Shown piece by piece: positions 14,520-31,275 of a stretch of DNA of 64,000 bases (position 1 is its first letter; every line of letters begins with the position of its first letter). This DNA comes from Raillietiella orientalis. Its lineage: Eukaryota. Location of the stretch: assembly GCA_036172245.1 (NCBI GenBank), contig JAYWIR010000025.1, positions 2,108,001 through 2,172,000 of the forward strand, in the 5' to 3' direction. Both the position numbers and the translations under genes were made by a program. A model generated the notes under the pieces. That model was not told where the DNA came from and did not search any database. It saw nothing but the letters and a program-made list of their open reading frames with translations.

Positions 14520-16070
14520 AAGGAAGGTGACTCCGGCGTTATTTCATGAGTTCTGTTCATCCTTCTAAGGCGACCCTAATCAGGAACAAAGCAAATTCCA
14601 TACCACGGACTGTATACCAAGACCATGCCGAACTTGATTGCTACAATGTTAGATCCAAATTCAGAAAGGCGGTGGTGCATTCGTCAGGCGGAAGGGAAAC
14701 CTGAATCAGGAGTTGTGACAGAATGCCGGAGACCAAACTTTTCCCGTGGTAACCACATCTTTGAACACTGTACCCCGAGGTGGGAAGCATCCTCCCGAAA
14801 TGAAAGTTTCGTGTGTTTGGAAGATTCTTAGAGCCGAGGCGAACGGAGAGATGGGCCCCTAGCGAAATCGCATTTGACACGTATGCTCTCGATGTGTGTT
14901 TCTGGTTCTCGTCCACCGGTGGACGTGCTGAGCAGTGTACCCAACAGTAGGGCTGTGGTAGCACATTTTGGTGAAGAATACGCTCGTGCCAGCATAAGAC
15001 GGCAGTGCGCATGTGATGTACATGGAGATTTACGCGGCTTAAGAGTGGTGGGAGACACTCGTTCGTATCCAAGTGGCCAGGTCGTCGCAAGCTAAGCCCA
15101 ACGTTCCCTTTTTTCCGCGTTTCTTTTGCTGGATATGGATAGGGAGTCGCTGCGCACGCGGTTCCGACCCACCGGAAGCACTTTTCATCCTCGCGATTCG
15201 GATCCGAGGGAGGAACCAACCACCAGCGGTTGATTTCGACGGTTGCTTGCGGGGGCATCGGGATCCGCCCTTTCTTGTGTGCGTGTGCCCTCGCCTCGAC
15301 CGCAGGTCAGTTTGCAAGCGTCAGCTGCAGTGCTCGAAAGTCGGCGGATTGCCTTGGAGGCACGTGTGTGTCCGCAAGCAACGGTGGAACGGTGTTCGCT
15401 GCACCGTCAACCAGGGAAAACGAGAACGAGAGAAGCCAACAAGCTGCCGCAAACATGGCGAAGGCATCCGTTTATCTGCTTGCCAGTTTCGTGTGCTCAA
15501 CGCTGATGGAAAGGCTGGACGGGACACGATGCGCCAGTGTGTGGTGAAGAACCACCACCGCGGCTCTCCTCCACCCTCGACCTCGTTCGGTAGAACTTGT
15601 GAAGATGAGGGATCAGGGTAGACATCGGGAGTAGTCGGTTGCAGGGAAACCATGGGAGCGAATGTTGCGTACTGGTAGTGTATGTACAATCATCCGGTTC
15701 CTGGCGATTACACGGGTACTGTACTGTGCTCTTACGTATGCACTTGTGTGCGTTGGTTCAACTTTGTCGCGGTCGTGATGCAGTTCAGCAGGAGAGGATC
15801 GCATCCGCAACGGGCTGCGCAATCAAAGGCAATCTTTTGGACCACATGAAATACACAGAGAGCTTTAACAGCGTTGCACTTTCTTCTTTTCCTTCCCTAG
15901 TGCATAGGGAGCAGTGTGGTGCGAGGGCAAAAACAATAATAAGCCACAAGCGAATATGGAGTGGAAGAACCCCGTAGGGCTTACAAATTGTGGTCGACTC
16001 CAGTTGCTGCATTTCCGTAAGGTTCGCCAAAGAGGGAAGAGAGCGCACATTTTAGGGAGCAGCAGCACTT
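14520..16070 (-). mobile_element. Possible highly decayed L1/Tx1-like LINE 3' portion
   Basis: Fragments 'LRKCSNWSRPQFVSPTG' and 'LKLSVYFMWSKRLPLIA' resemble the post-RT L1 motifs WxxxxLSxxG and FLW. No intact frame. Confidence 0.3.
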
Positions 16071-16176
16071 GCTGCTAAAGTGCTTTTTGCCATCCATTTT
16101 CAAATGCTGATTTGACCGGGGCGTTGCAGCCCCTCAGTTCATCTTGGAGGGCGAAACAATCTCTGGTTTTTCTGTT

Positions 16177-16182
16177 TTTATT
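16177..16182 (-). promoter_or_regulatory. Candidate polyadenylation signal of the smoothelin-like gene
   Basis: AATAAA on the minus strand, about 220 nt downstream of the stop at 16402. Confidence 0.4.
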
Positions 16183-16401
16183 ATAATCAAAGATGCCATT
16201 AGCAAAAGCTCAGAAATGGTTAATACAAATCGCAAAAATCAGGATCATCGATTGCACTTTGTGGTTTTGTCCAAACTCTACTGTTTTTTTTTTTTTTTTT
16301 TTAAGCTCAGTACTGGAAAAAGGTATGAAAAATTTTTTCCTTCGCGGAACAAAAATAACTGGAGTTCACTGATAAAAAAAAAAAAAAAAACACAGTTTGT
16401 G

Positions 16402-20553
<4,152 letters not shown>

Positions 20554-20741
20554 CTGCAAAGTTATTCATGAGATTCGAAAGGAGTTGGAAGGAAGGGAGG
20601 AGGAGGAGGAGGAGGCTATCAAACGGGGGCTTTCATATTATGCATTGCATATGGAAAAGTAATTGAAGAAATTTTAAATCACACCAACCCATTCTGCGGA
20701 TATCCTGGCTTATGGATCTGAGTTCTTCCTTTTCGCACGAC

Positions 20742-20775
<34 letters not shown>

Positions 20776-22515
20776 AGAGAGAGAGAGGAAAAGAGGCTGG
20801 AGGCGGCGAACCAAAACAAAAAAGGCTCAAGCACGATTTTTTGATGATGGTTTTTCACTCAAATACTTAAGCGGGAATACTTTTCGTTTGCCGAACAACT
20901 GGCAAACAGGCTTGGGCGCGCCATTTCGCGTTCACGGCCTGCAGTGACGCAACAATGCGCCCGCTGCCATTTCGCCTCCTCGGAAAGCGTAGGCCTCCGA
21001 CATTGTTGGCGGTTGCGGAACGCGCGCGCTCTCAACGAACGACCCTTGGCGCCAGGACCACGATGATGCTGGGGACACCAGTTCAAGCAAAAGAGGCGGA
21101 AGACCAGTACATACATATATACATGTACATAAAAGTGCTTTCATCTTGTTCCCACCGCTCACCTTTTTCCACTTTGGAAGAGAGCATTCTGTTTCTTTCT
21201 TTCTTTTTGGTCTGGTTTTCCCGCAAAAGAAAGCAAGACGGGAGCAAGACAAGATGTACACACTTGAACACCGAGTGTACGCACGTATCCACGGTCAAAC
21301 GAGACGAGAGGACGGAGGGGAAGTGACAGAGGGGGCAGTTCGAAGAGCGAAACCGCGAGAGAAGGCACCAGGGGTGGGCGCACACCGCTCAACAGAACAG
21401 CTGATGGGAAACGTGTTCCTGGGGAGCGATCAAGCGTTTTGCCAGTGTCGGCGGCCGTATGGAGGGGGGAGAAGGAGGAGGGAGGAGGAGGAGGAGGAGG
21501 GGGAGAAGGGGAAGACGTGCATCTTACCGCCATCCACCTGACAAAAGAACTTGGCAAGCACAGAAGAGGAAGGTTAATAATAGGTTCGCGTCTCGCGCGC
21601 GAGAGTCTCTGTTTATTTTCGGCGGGGCGATCCTCAGGATCGGCGGCGGCGGCGGCGATGGCATCGCCGACCTAGCAGTGGTGCACGGCATGGGAAAACG
21701 CGCGCGGGCCGTTCTCGAGGGTGAGCAGCTCGCAGCCGTGGACCCCGCGCAGAAGTCTATGCAGCGGGGGGGAGGGAGGGAGCCGACCATCAGAAGGGGA
21801 GGGGGAGACGCTACGTGCTATCAGCGGGAGATCCCTTCTCCCGGTGCTGAAGCTGCACCAAGGTCTTCTAGAAGGGGTGGAGGTGCCTCGGATGCATGGC
21901 GGCGGCGTTCTTTGCCGTCTTGAGAGACGTGGCTTTCTGCGCTCCGCCCCGCTCCGACGTCGCAATGACGGAGGGAGGCGGAGACCTGGCTCGGCGGTGG
22001 TGGGTGGCCTGCCGAGAGGCTGCCACCCATCTCCCTCCCTCCCTCATCCCCCCACATCAGTTCGGAATCGTTTCGAGGACCGCGCCCGCATGCCTTTTTC
22101 CCATTCTCGTTCCCATCCATGCCCCGTGATGCGCGGGGGGAAGGACTGGGGCACGGCCAGAAAGAGAGAGAGAGGGGTGGGAAGGAGTTTAACACGACCC
22201 ACTTTCGGGGAGGCGGGTAGTATGGGGGGCTGGAGGAGTGGGGGAAGGGGGTGCACGATAAAGAGAGGAGGGAGGAGAGCCCGTACCTCTGGGCGCCGTT
22301 CGACCGTTCGAGTGGGGCGCGACGAGCCTGGACGGGAAGGTCGGGCGACGCTGCTAGGGGCGCACCTCCTCCCCCCTCTCCCAAGCAGCTGCCACCAGAA
22401 GCAGGGGTGAGGAGGGGTCTCCCTCCCTCTCTCGGCCGCCGCCGCCCCTGCCCTGCTTGCACGGAAGGCGGTTCGTGCGTGCGTACCTTCCGGTTGACCT
22501 CCTCCTCCTCCGGGG

Positions 22516-24507
22516 TCACCGCCGGAAGTGCGACTCGTCCAGGGACCTCGTCTTCTTCTCCCTGCGCAGCCTCCGGAACCTCGCCGGCGGGGGCGAGTTC
22601 CTTCGTGGCCGCGCGTGGCCGCGGCCCTCGGCGGCGGTGACCTCCTCGGTGTAGATCTCCTCGAAGAGCTCCTCGAAGGCGTCCAGGTCGCGGGGGCGCA
22701 GCTCCCCGAGGCTCCGCGACAGCTCGTCAAACGCCTCGTGTATGGCCTCGCCGGCCCCTTCTCCCGCGGGGGTCCGGGGTGCCCCTCCGCCACCCCCATC
22801 CAGGAAGCTCCGCAGGGAGCGCTGCTTCCTGCGGGACTCCTCCGAGCCGATGGTGGCCTCGAACCGCCTGGGGGCGGCGGCGGCGACGGGGAGCCTGGGG
22901 ACTGGCAGGAGGAGACCCGGGACGTGCCCGTCGCTCGACGCCTTCCGCACCTCCAGCGGCGCCCACGGAGGCCGTGTCGCCGTTGCCCCGGCGGGCCGCA
23001 CCGCCGCCGCGTCCTCGAAAAGGGTGCGCTTGAAGCCCACGAGGCCTCCCCTCGAGGGGATGATTCCCGGGCGCCAGAATCGCTCCGGGGACCGGGGAGA
23101 GCCCAGGTCGCCGGACCAGGGGGCAAGCGACGCTGCGGCGGCAGAGGGGCCTTGCCGGGGGACGAAGAAGAGGGGCGGATCGTCCGCTCGCGACGGCAGC
23201 CGCCGCACTTCACTGAGGGAGGAGCTGCGGCGGATGCCCGCGAGGGGCGGGCCCGGGGTCGGAACAGGAGGCGGCGATCCCTGGCGCCGGGGGGAGCGCG
23301 GCAGCTTCGACGGGCAGCAGCTGCTGCGCAGCCCCTTCCGCGGGGGGCTGCCCGGATCGCGGGGCGGGGCGGCGGGATGCCCTCTCTCAGAGGAGAAAGG
23401 AAAAGCGCCGGCTGGGAGCCCCTCTCCCGCCGAGGGACCGCGGGCAGCCGCGTCCCCGGAGAACTTGCGGATCTTCTCCCTGACGGAGGCACCACCGGCG
23501 GCCGCGGCCCAGGGCGCCGCGGCCGCCACCGAAGGAGTGCTGCGGGAGCAGCGCAAGGGAAACGGTCCTCCGGGGGGGCCGGCTCCGGATCTGGGCGTCC
23601 TTCCCGCCAGAGGAGGGGCGCGGGGGCGGGGGGCTGCAGCTACTCTCTCCTCCTCCATGCTCACGAGGAAGGAGCGCTCGGGCCCGGAGGGCCCGCCCTT
23701 CCTGCGCGCCGCGGGCGACGTGCTGAGGTCGGCGCCGTCGCCGGCCGTCGCGCTCCCTGCGGAAGCGCGGAGGGTCGTGATCACGCCCGGCGGACAGGTG
23801 GGCCCCAGAGCCACGCGGAAGTGGCGCCTGGGCGCCGCCGCGGGTTCGGGGGGATCGCCGCGGGCCGGGGAGGGCAGGCGCCCGGGCATGGTGACCCCTC
23901 GCGGTTTCCGCTTCCAGTAGGAGTTTCCGGCGTCCGAGCGGAAGGGCTGAATGCTCGAGGCGGGGAGGGGCGTGGGGCCAGAGGGGAGCGTGGCTTCCGG
24001 AGGAGGGGAGGGCAAGCCCCCCTCCCTCCCAGGCGACGCGCGCGGTGGCGGGGACGGCGCGGGGGGGTGGCGCCGGAGCGCGGCGCGCAGCCGGTCGACG
24101 AGCGCGACGAGGTCGGCGCCATTCCCGAGCGACTGCAGGGCGCGCCGCAGGCGGTCGAGCGCCCGGTCGACCTCATCCAAAAGCTCAGGTGTGGGGCCGG
24201 GTCCGCACGGGAGGAGGGGGCTCGGAGGGGCCGGGGGTGGTGGAGGCGGCGGCGGCGGCGGCGGTGAGGAGGCGCGGCCGGGGTCGTTGTCACCGGGAGA
24301 GCCTCCGGTGGTCGCCGCCTCCGGCACGCCGCGGGGTCCTGGGGAAGAGAGATGGGGGGAGGGGGAGGAGAGAGAAAGAGAATGGGGCCAGGGAGGCGGG
24401 GGGGAGAGCGGGGAAGGAGGGGGAGGGGCGCCGGTCTTCCCGCACGTACCTGCGCCCTCGGGCGGGAGGTCCTCGTCGCCGCTGGACGCCTCGGGCTGCT
24501 GCATCTC
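22516..24507 (-). CDS. Large low-complexity coding exon (about 663 codons) within the smoothelin-like locus; alternative terminal exon or nested gene
   Basis: Strong acceptor ccccctcctttccag|GAG at 24507. The long open frame has amphipathic islands (LLDEVDRALDRLRRALQSL, SVREKIRKFS, GLVGFKRTLFE, IHEAFDELSRSL). Connectivity to the other exons is unresolved. Confidence 0.6.
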   Translation of the reverse strand, partial: EMQQPEASSGDEDLPPEGAGTCGKTGAPPPPSPLSPPPPWPHSLSLSSPSPHLSSPGPRGVPEAATTGGSPGDNDPGRASSPPPPPPPPPPPAPPSPLLPCGPGPTPELLDEVDRALDRLRRALQSLGNGADLVALVDRLRAALRRHPPAPSPPPRASPGREGGLPSPPPEATLPSGPTPLPASSIQPFRSDAGNSYWKRKPRGVTMPGRLPSPARGDPPEPAAAPRRHFRVALGPTCPPGVITTLRASAGSATAGDGADLSTSPAARRKGGPSGPERSFLVSMEEERVAAAPRPRAPPLAGRTPRSGAGPPGGPFPLRCSRSTPSVAAAAPWAAAAGGASVREKIRKFSGDAAARGPSAGEGLPAGAFPFSSERGHPAAPPRDPGSPPRKGLRSSCCPSKLPRSPRRQGSPPPVPTPGPPLAGIRRSSSLSEVRRLPSRADDPPLFFVPRQGPSAAAASLAPWSGDLGSPRSPERFWRPGIIPSRGGLVGFKRTLFEDAAAVRPAGATATRPPWAPLEVRKASSDGHVPGLLLPVPRLPVAAAAPRRFEATIGSEESRRKQRSLRSFLDGGGGGAPRTPAGEGAGEAIHEAFDELSRSLGELRPRDLDAFEELFEEIYTEEVTAAEGRGHARPRRNSPPPARFRRLRREKKTRSLDESHFRR

Positions 24508-25176
24508 CTGGAAAGGAGGGGGAAGGGGACGGGGAAGCGGAACGCCGTCGAGACATTGCCTGAGAAGGCGGAGGGAGGGACGAAAAGGGAGGAAGGGGCA
24601 GCAAGAACCTCACCCTGGAACCCCAGGCCCGCCTCCGGGAGAAGAAGGGCACGGGGAAGGGCCGCCGTCCTTCCCCTGCCTTCCGGAACAAACAGAAGCG
24701 AAAAAAAAATAAAATAAACCGGGAACGGCAGGGGGGCTTGGGAGGGGCGGGGAAGGGGGTTCCTCCCGGACGGGTCGTCCCTTTTACCTGCATGCGGCAC
24801 GCACTGCCTCCGGACGGCCGGCGGCGGGTCCCCTCGCGGTCGCAGCCTCACGGCGTTTCCGCGCGCTGCGCCGCGCCGAGGCCTCCCCGCGCGCGCGCGC
24901 GCGCGCGGAGGCGGGAGAAGGAAGGGAGGTGGAGGAGGGACGCGCGAAGGGGGCGGTGGCAGCCCACGCGCCGTGCCCCGTCCGCAGCACACGAGGCGGC
25001 GGCGGGCTGACGGGGGAAGTGGGGGAGGAGGGAGGGGAAATGGGGAGGAGGAGGAGGAGGGACCCCCACCTTCCCCGCTTGCTCCTCCTCCTTGGCTTTG
25101 CCTGGCAACAGGACACAGCCACCAGCCCTCTGGACCAGAGCGCAGCGAGCGCGGGAGCTCGGCGAGGTGGAGGAGG

Positions 25177-25207
25177 CTATAAATAGTCCGACCCAGTCTA
25201 AAAATAG
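25177..25207. promoter_or_regulatory. Tandem MEF2 consensus sites
   Basis: CTATAAATAG (25177-25186) and CTAAAAATAG (25198-25207) are both perfect CTA(A/T)4TAG matches in very GC-rich DNA. Confidence 0.65.
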
Positions 25208-28200
25208 TCCGCACCCGCTTTTCACTCCTCTTCCACCTTTTCCTTCTTGTTTTCCTCCTCCCCCTGCTCCCCCCCTCAACTGTTTTTTTTTTGTCTTTCC
25301 CCCCATCCCCGTCCGGCTTCCCGAAAAAGGAGTGGGTCGCAACGCGCGCGCGCCTCTGTCGGGGAAAGGAGAGGAGGGGGGAGGTGACGAAGTTGCGGAG
25401 GCGGGGAACGGAACCCACCAAGTGGGGAAACTCCTCCCCCTCGTCCCGAAGGGAGCGAAGTTGCACCGCCCCCACGGTCAGGGGGCGGGGCCGAATGCCG
25501 TCGGGGTTCCCTCCTTCTCGCTCCCCGCCGGGAACCTGCTGCCGCAGCTCCCGAAGGGAAGGAGAGGGACCGTCCCGCTCGCCTCGGAGCCGAGGGGCGC
25601 GCTTTCGCCGTGCGCGCGCCATCTTGGAAGGACGCAGCTGCCGGCGCTGCTGCCTCTGCCCAGGCGAGCGTTCCCGCGGCGGTGCGGCCCGAGGCACGAG
25701 GGCGCGTGCGAAGGGAGACACACGTCGGAGCACACTCTCTCCTCCCCTCCCCTCCCTCGCTTCCAGGGGGTGCTGCCACTCACCTTCCAGGCGAGCATTT
25801 GGGCACGCCTGCTGCATCCCTGCTGCTGCTGCTGCGCTCACCGCCGTGGCTCTCCCGGACGTGGCAGCCAAAGGGGGAAGCGCAGACGGACGAATGCGCG
25901 CGGAGGATGAACAGGGCGGGGAGCGGCGTCCGCCCGCTCGTGCGTCCGGTCAAGCGCGGCGGCTGCGGCGGCTGCTCGCCTGTTCGACCACGCTGGGACG
26001 GCGGCAGGGAGAAAGAAGGGGGGCACAGGGTGAGGAGGAAACCGGGAGGAAGAGCGAGGCGGAGGTGGGCGGATAGACAGAGAGAGAGAGAGAGGGCGTC
26101 GACCGTCTCATCAGGGCGCTGCGTACGGTTTCCAGCGCGCTCGCAGCAGCAGCAGCATGTCCCCGTCGGCTGACGCGCGCTAGGACGCCTCTGCCATCTG
26201 CCGGACAGCCGTCGCACTCGCTCTTCTCGCTGTGTCTGGGAGGACGTTTCCTTGCTTTCCGCTGCTCCTCCGCCCTCCGGACCAGGATGAAGACTCCCGC
26301 TCCCTTTTCCCCTTTCTTACTACAGCACTCCCTCGAGCGAAGGCCAGAGAGGCGTCCGCCCAAGGAGCGCTGGTGGGGGCGTCCACAAGCGAAAGGAAAG
26401 CCAGCACGCGCGCACGGAGGCTACTCCACGAGGGCCTCCGCAGAAGGGGGAGGCCCTCCAGTGAACCCGCGACCTGTCCTCGGCGAAGAGAGAGGGAGCC
26501 TACGGCATGCGCACCCTGAGGCAATGCCCGAGGTCTTCGGCGCTCGAAGGCGTTGTTCGTTGCCGGGTGGCCGGAGCGCGACCGTCCGTGTTCCCCCGAG
26601 GGGCAAGCGCGCGTGCGCCCAGGGGCTCTCACCAAGAGCGATCGGCGGAGCCGCTGGTGGCCGTCTGGAGTCAGAGGTCAACTCGTCCATCCCTCAGGCG
26701 CGCGGCCTACCCTGGGGACCGTCTCCTCTCCTCTCGTCTCCTCTCTCTTTCCTCTCTCGCGCTCCCGGCGTGGCTTTCCGTGCCTCGCGGGTGGGTCTTC
26801 TTAGGCGCGTGCGTGTGGGAGGAACGCCTTGACTGACGAAGGGGGACCGCAGTCATGTGAGCCGGGAGCGACTCCAGCCCAGCGGCGGTTCCCAGTCGCC
26901 CCGACCGAGGAATGGGAGGCGGGGTGGGTTGAATCGGAAGGAAAGTGTGCGTGAGTGGAGTGGAGGCTGAGATACTGTCTGAAGGGGCATCAGGAAGGGA
27001 AGAAAAGGGGGGGTGAAAAGCTGTACCCCTCCTCTCTGCCCCCTTTCCTCCTCCCCCTGAAGAGAAAAGGGAGAAAGTGACCCCGCCTCCTCTGCTGCCG
27101 AGTCGGCAGGCGAGAGTCAGAAGACGAAGAAAATGGCGTCACCAGGCCTCAATTCCAGGCGTCCTGGGTGGGTCTGGAGCGGGCCTTCCCACTCGCACTC
27201 CCTTGCGTTGGGCCATCCTTCTTCGGAAGGAGAAGGTCTGCGGCGGACAGATGCCGCAGGCAATCCGCCTTCGACCGACCCTTTCTGGAGAACGGAGAGC
27301 CGTAGACTCCGTGGCAAATCCCACCCTCTGCCGAGGTCGGGTCAGCTGCTCGCACTAACCTCTCCAGGGACAGACGAGGGTGTGTGTAGGGGGGGAGAGG
27401 GGAAGAAGAGAATCTGCTTCCTCTCTCCCTTCCTCCCAGGTTGATTTCCCCCCGGAGGGCCAACCCTCCTCCTCTTAGCGTCGTCTTACCCGTCCTCTCG
27501 TCCCGCGGGTCCAGGTCCGTCCTCCTCCTTCCGCCAGCGCGATCGAGCATCTCCTCCCCCCTCTTCATGCTTCCCCAGAGCGTCATCCAGAAGAGTCCAC
27601 CCACGGGTTCCACTTCATCCCCGGCGTCGGGAATCGTCTCCAAGGAAACGAAGGGGAAGGTGGGTGAGCCCTGCCCGCCTCCCGCTGGGGTGCAGCCGTG
27701 CCGAGGCGGGAAGGACAAGACCTCCCTTGAGGTGATGACGACGATGCTGAGGAGGTGCTAGGGATGGGTGCCGGACGAGTACAGCCCCCCTCCACTTCTC
27801 GCCCCGCCCCAGCGCTACCTCCCCGCGGGAAGGTCAGAGGTGCAAGGAAGGTTTCTTCCCCCCCCCCCCCTTCCTGTTCGAGGGCGTAGAGGCGACCCTC
27901 CCGTCACGGCTCGCGATCCCCCCACCGTGTCGACGGTGGCGGTGACGAAGACGACGACGACGGGGAGGAAGCCGTCGTGAGCGGCGTTACCGCGTTCCCT
28001 CCTCAGGTGGCGCCAGGGTGGCGAGGCGGGGCGGGGTGCCTTGGAGTCCGCTCTCTCTCGGCGGTCGCTCGCGGGGGCTCCGACGAGGGTGGGCGGAGGG
28101 ATTTCGGGGTCCCCCACGCGCCGCAGAGGGCTGGACCGGTCGACTCCCGGGCGCCACCGGGCAGCGCCCTACACCGGGAGCCGTTGCACTTCTTCAAGAG

Positions 28201-31200
28201 GAATGGGTGGGGGCGAAGTGACCTCGCCCCTGGGAAGGGACACGGGCGGGGCAGTTCTTGAGGGCGTCCTTCCTCTCCCCCCGACGAAAAGGAACTCCCT
28301 CTCGAAGGGTGAGGACGGGTAGCCTCCACGGGGGATCCTCTGAGGCCATCTCGGCAGATGCGGCAGTAGGTTCTTTCCAGAGCTCCCAACAGCTCCAGGG
28401 AGGGGATTGGGAACGGAAGGCGGTGGTCCCCAACCAGAAAGGGAAAGGCTGCTGCTCACCTGTGGGAAGGGAGGCCGAGCTGCTCCCGAGAGCTGCTTCT
28501 GTGAGCGCGGGCAGGGATCCAGCATGGATGGCGGTGATTCTGTAGCAGTTGTCACCGACGTCCTCTCCCTCCTCCTCATCCTCGTCCTGGAATTCCCCCT
28601 CCCCCATAAGAGGTCAGTCGTTTCGGTTCGGGGAGTGAGCGACGGTGGCTCCCTCGAGCGTGCGACCCTGGTGATTCCCCATCCTTCGATCCTCCCTTCC
28701 GGTACCCCCGGTCGTGGGACGTCGCCTCTCGACGGGAAGGACTTCAAGCAAAAGGACCAATTTCGGTCCCAGCAAGGAGCGCGCTGGCCCCGAGAGGAGG
28801 TCGTCTTCCCGACTTTCTCTCTCTCCGGGGATCGTTGCCTCCCACTCCGTCCCACCCCAACCCGGAAGCGGGAAGGGGGTGGTTCTCGAGGGAACCGACT
28901 GAATGACACCAAATGCCACGGCGCTCCCCGAGTCCTAAAGGTCAGGGAAGTTTCGGGATCAGGGGCGGGGAAGGGGGCTACGCTTCCCCGACCGCGTCCC
29001 GGGCGCACGTCGGGGCAAGCGTAGGGCAACGCCGCGCCCAGGGGAGGCGGCGACGAAAGGGTCGCGCAAGCGGGGGCAACGAGGAAGAACTTCTGGAACG
29101 GACTACTGCCCACGAGACGCCCTAGACAGCACGAGAGGGGAACGTGCAGGGTCGCTTTGGCGCTTTCTGGCGCGAAATCGCTCCAGGACGGGAATGGAAA
29201 GTGCCGGGTTCGATTTCGGGTCATTTTCCGCGCTCCCCTTCACTCCTCCTCCTTCTCCTCCGCCGCCTTGTCTTCATCTCTTCCCCTCCTCGCGCCGTCT
29301 GTATCCATCTCCGGGCTGCTGCGAAGCGCGAGGAAGATCGGAAGCAGCTGGCGGAGCAGCGACATTCGTGATCGATGGGGCATCTCCTTGCAGATTCCTT
29401 GCCGTCTGCAGGGCGGATGACGTCACGGCGTCCTCAACGCGTGACCCCCAGCGCGTCCGGAGTGGCAGATCACCCCCCCTCCCTTGAGTCTTCCCCCTCG
29501 AAGCGATCCGTGGCCGCATGAGAGCACATCGAATACATCTAGGGTGCACCACATCCCAGGATGGTGCATCTCCTCGCCCGGGGAAGGGGAAAAAACGAGG
29601 AAGCCATTTTCTTCTTGTCGGAGATGCCTCTTGGCGTGTGTTCAATTGAGGATGGAGGAGAGGGGGAGAGGGGAAGGAAACGAAGAGGCTGTAATCTGTT
29701 TCCTCTTGGCAGAGGGCGCCCGTAAAAGGTCCAGGATCGGTCTGAGGAATGTCGAAGCGGGACAGGAAGCGAACCCGTGGGTGGGCCGGACTTTCCAGAA
29801 GTCCTGGGGCGGGTAGTCTTGGAGCAGACGTCGTCTTCCTCCTCCTCCCCTCTTCTCCCTTCCTCACGGCGCGCGATCGAGAATCCAGCTCTCCCCTCTT
29901 TTTTTTGGCCGTGCATCCCCCAGGGCAACAGAGAAAAGGCGGACTGAAGATGAAGGGGGAGAGAGAGAGAGAGAGAGCCCTTGCTGCTAATCTCAGACCC
30001 TCCCGACCCCCTACGTGGCTGGAGCGCTGGCGCGACGCTGCCTGGGAAAGGAAGGAAGGCGTGGCGCCAAAAAAATGGGCGCGCGCCTTAGGCTGAGGGC
30101 CCCTTCCTCTTCTTCCTCTTGGTTGCCCAACCTTCAGTGGGTGGCGTCAGTGTGTGGAGCTGTCGACTCGCTGCCTGAAGCGGGCTTTGCCCTGGACCGA
30201 CGCTCCTCCGCGAGCTAAAAACCGGCTCCGTGCAGGTGGCAACCCCTTCTGCCTTTTTTCCTCCCCCCCACCAGCCCCATTTTTTGTCTACTTAGTCGTT
30301 CTGACAACGGTCTAGGAGGAGGAAGGGGGCGGTTCTAGGAACGCTTGCCGGTCACCAGGACAATGAGCTGCGTCACGGATGACCATAGTCTTCTGACAGC
30401 TCGGTTATGCCCCGCGCCATGGTCTTCAGCGTGGACCAAGGGATCGCGCAGGGGGTGGGGGGCAGACAGGCGGTGGATGGGGAACCGTGGAGGTTCTTCC
30501 TGGACGCTGTGGTCCCCTTCCCCTGGCGAGAGCAGATGGTGTGTGAAGGAGGAAGGGGTGGAGGGACCCGAAACGGTGGCCCCCGCTCGCCCCGGGTGCG
30601 CGCAGGGCAAGGCTTCCCTTACACGCAATCTGCCATACTGCGTTCCTGGGGATTAGAGGGGGTCGCTGTCGCACTGGGCACGCATGCGTCCTGTCCCGTC
30701 CGCCTCGTGTGAGCAACGGGAGAGGTGTGGTGGTCGCGGCGCCATAGGACAGACGGAGAAGGCCAGATGACCTCATCGCAGTGGTGGACAGGGAATGTGA
30801 GAGAGGATATTCCTTCATCTTCAGATCACAAGGAAAGGGGATGAGCAGGCGACGCGGCTCTTGCCGGCGAGTCCCTCGGTCCACCGTGCGAGCAGTCGGC
30901 GCGTGGGTTGCCTGACAGCAAGAGCGAACGGGGGGGAAAGTTTCCGAGGGAGGTTGTGCTTGACTTGGGAGTCAGGACAGGACCTCTCCGGGTCAGGACG
31001 TCCGTCGGAGTCTGGAGGCTGCATCGGGATCCGTGCCTCCGGCAGCAGGGCGGAGACAGGGAGGTCGGGGACGCGCGCTCCCGCAGAGTCTCATCGGACG
31101 AGCTCAGGGAGCGCCGGAGGGCGGTCTGCGACCACCCAAGGATGGATGGATGCCTCGCCGCCGGCGGCGCCGAGGGCACGCGCGCGTGCTTGCTTTTTCC

Positions 31201-31275
31201 TCATCCGACCGCCGGATCCAGCCGGACGCCCCAAACCCCCCTGCCTTTCCCGAGGGAGGATCTCCATGGACTCAC

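Noticed and set aside
30830..31126. Possible additional smoothelin-like exon (TALRRSLSSSDETLRE...)
   Set aside because: It has a plausible phase-0 acceptor but no convincing donor before the stop.
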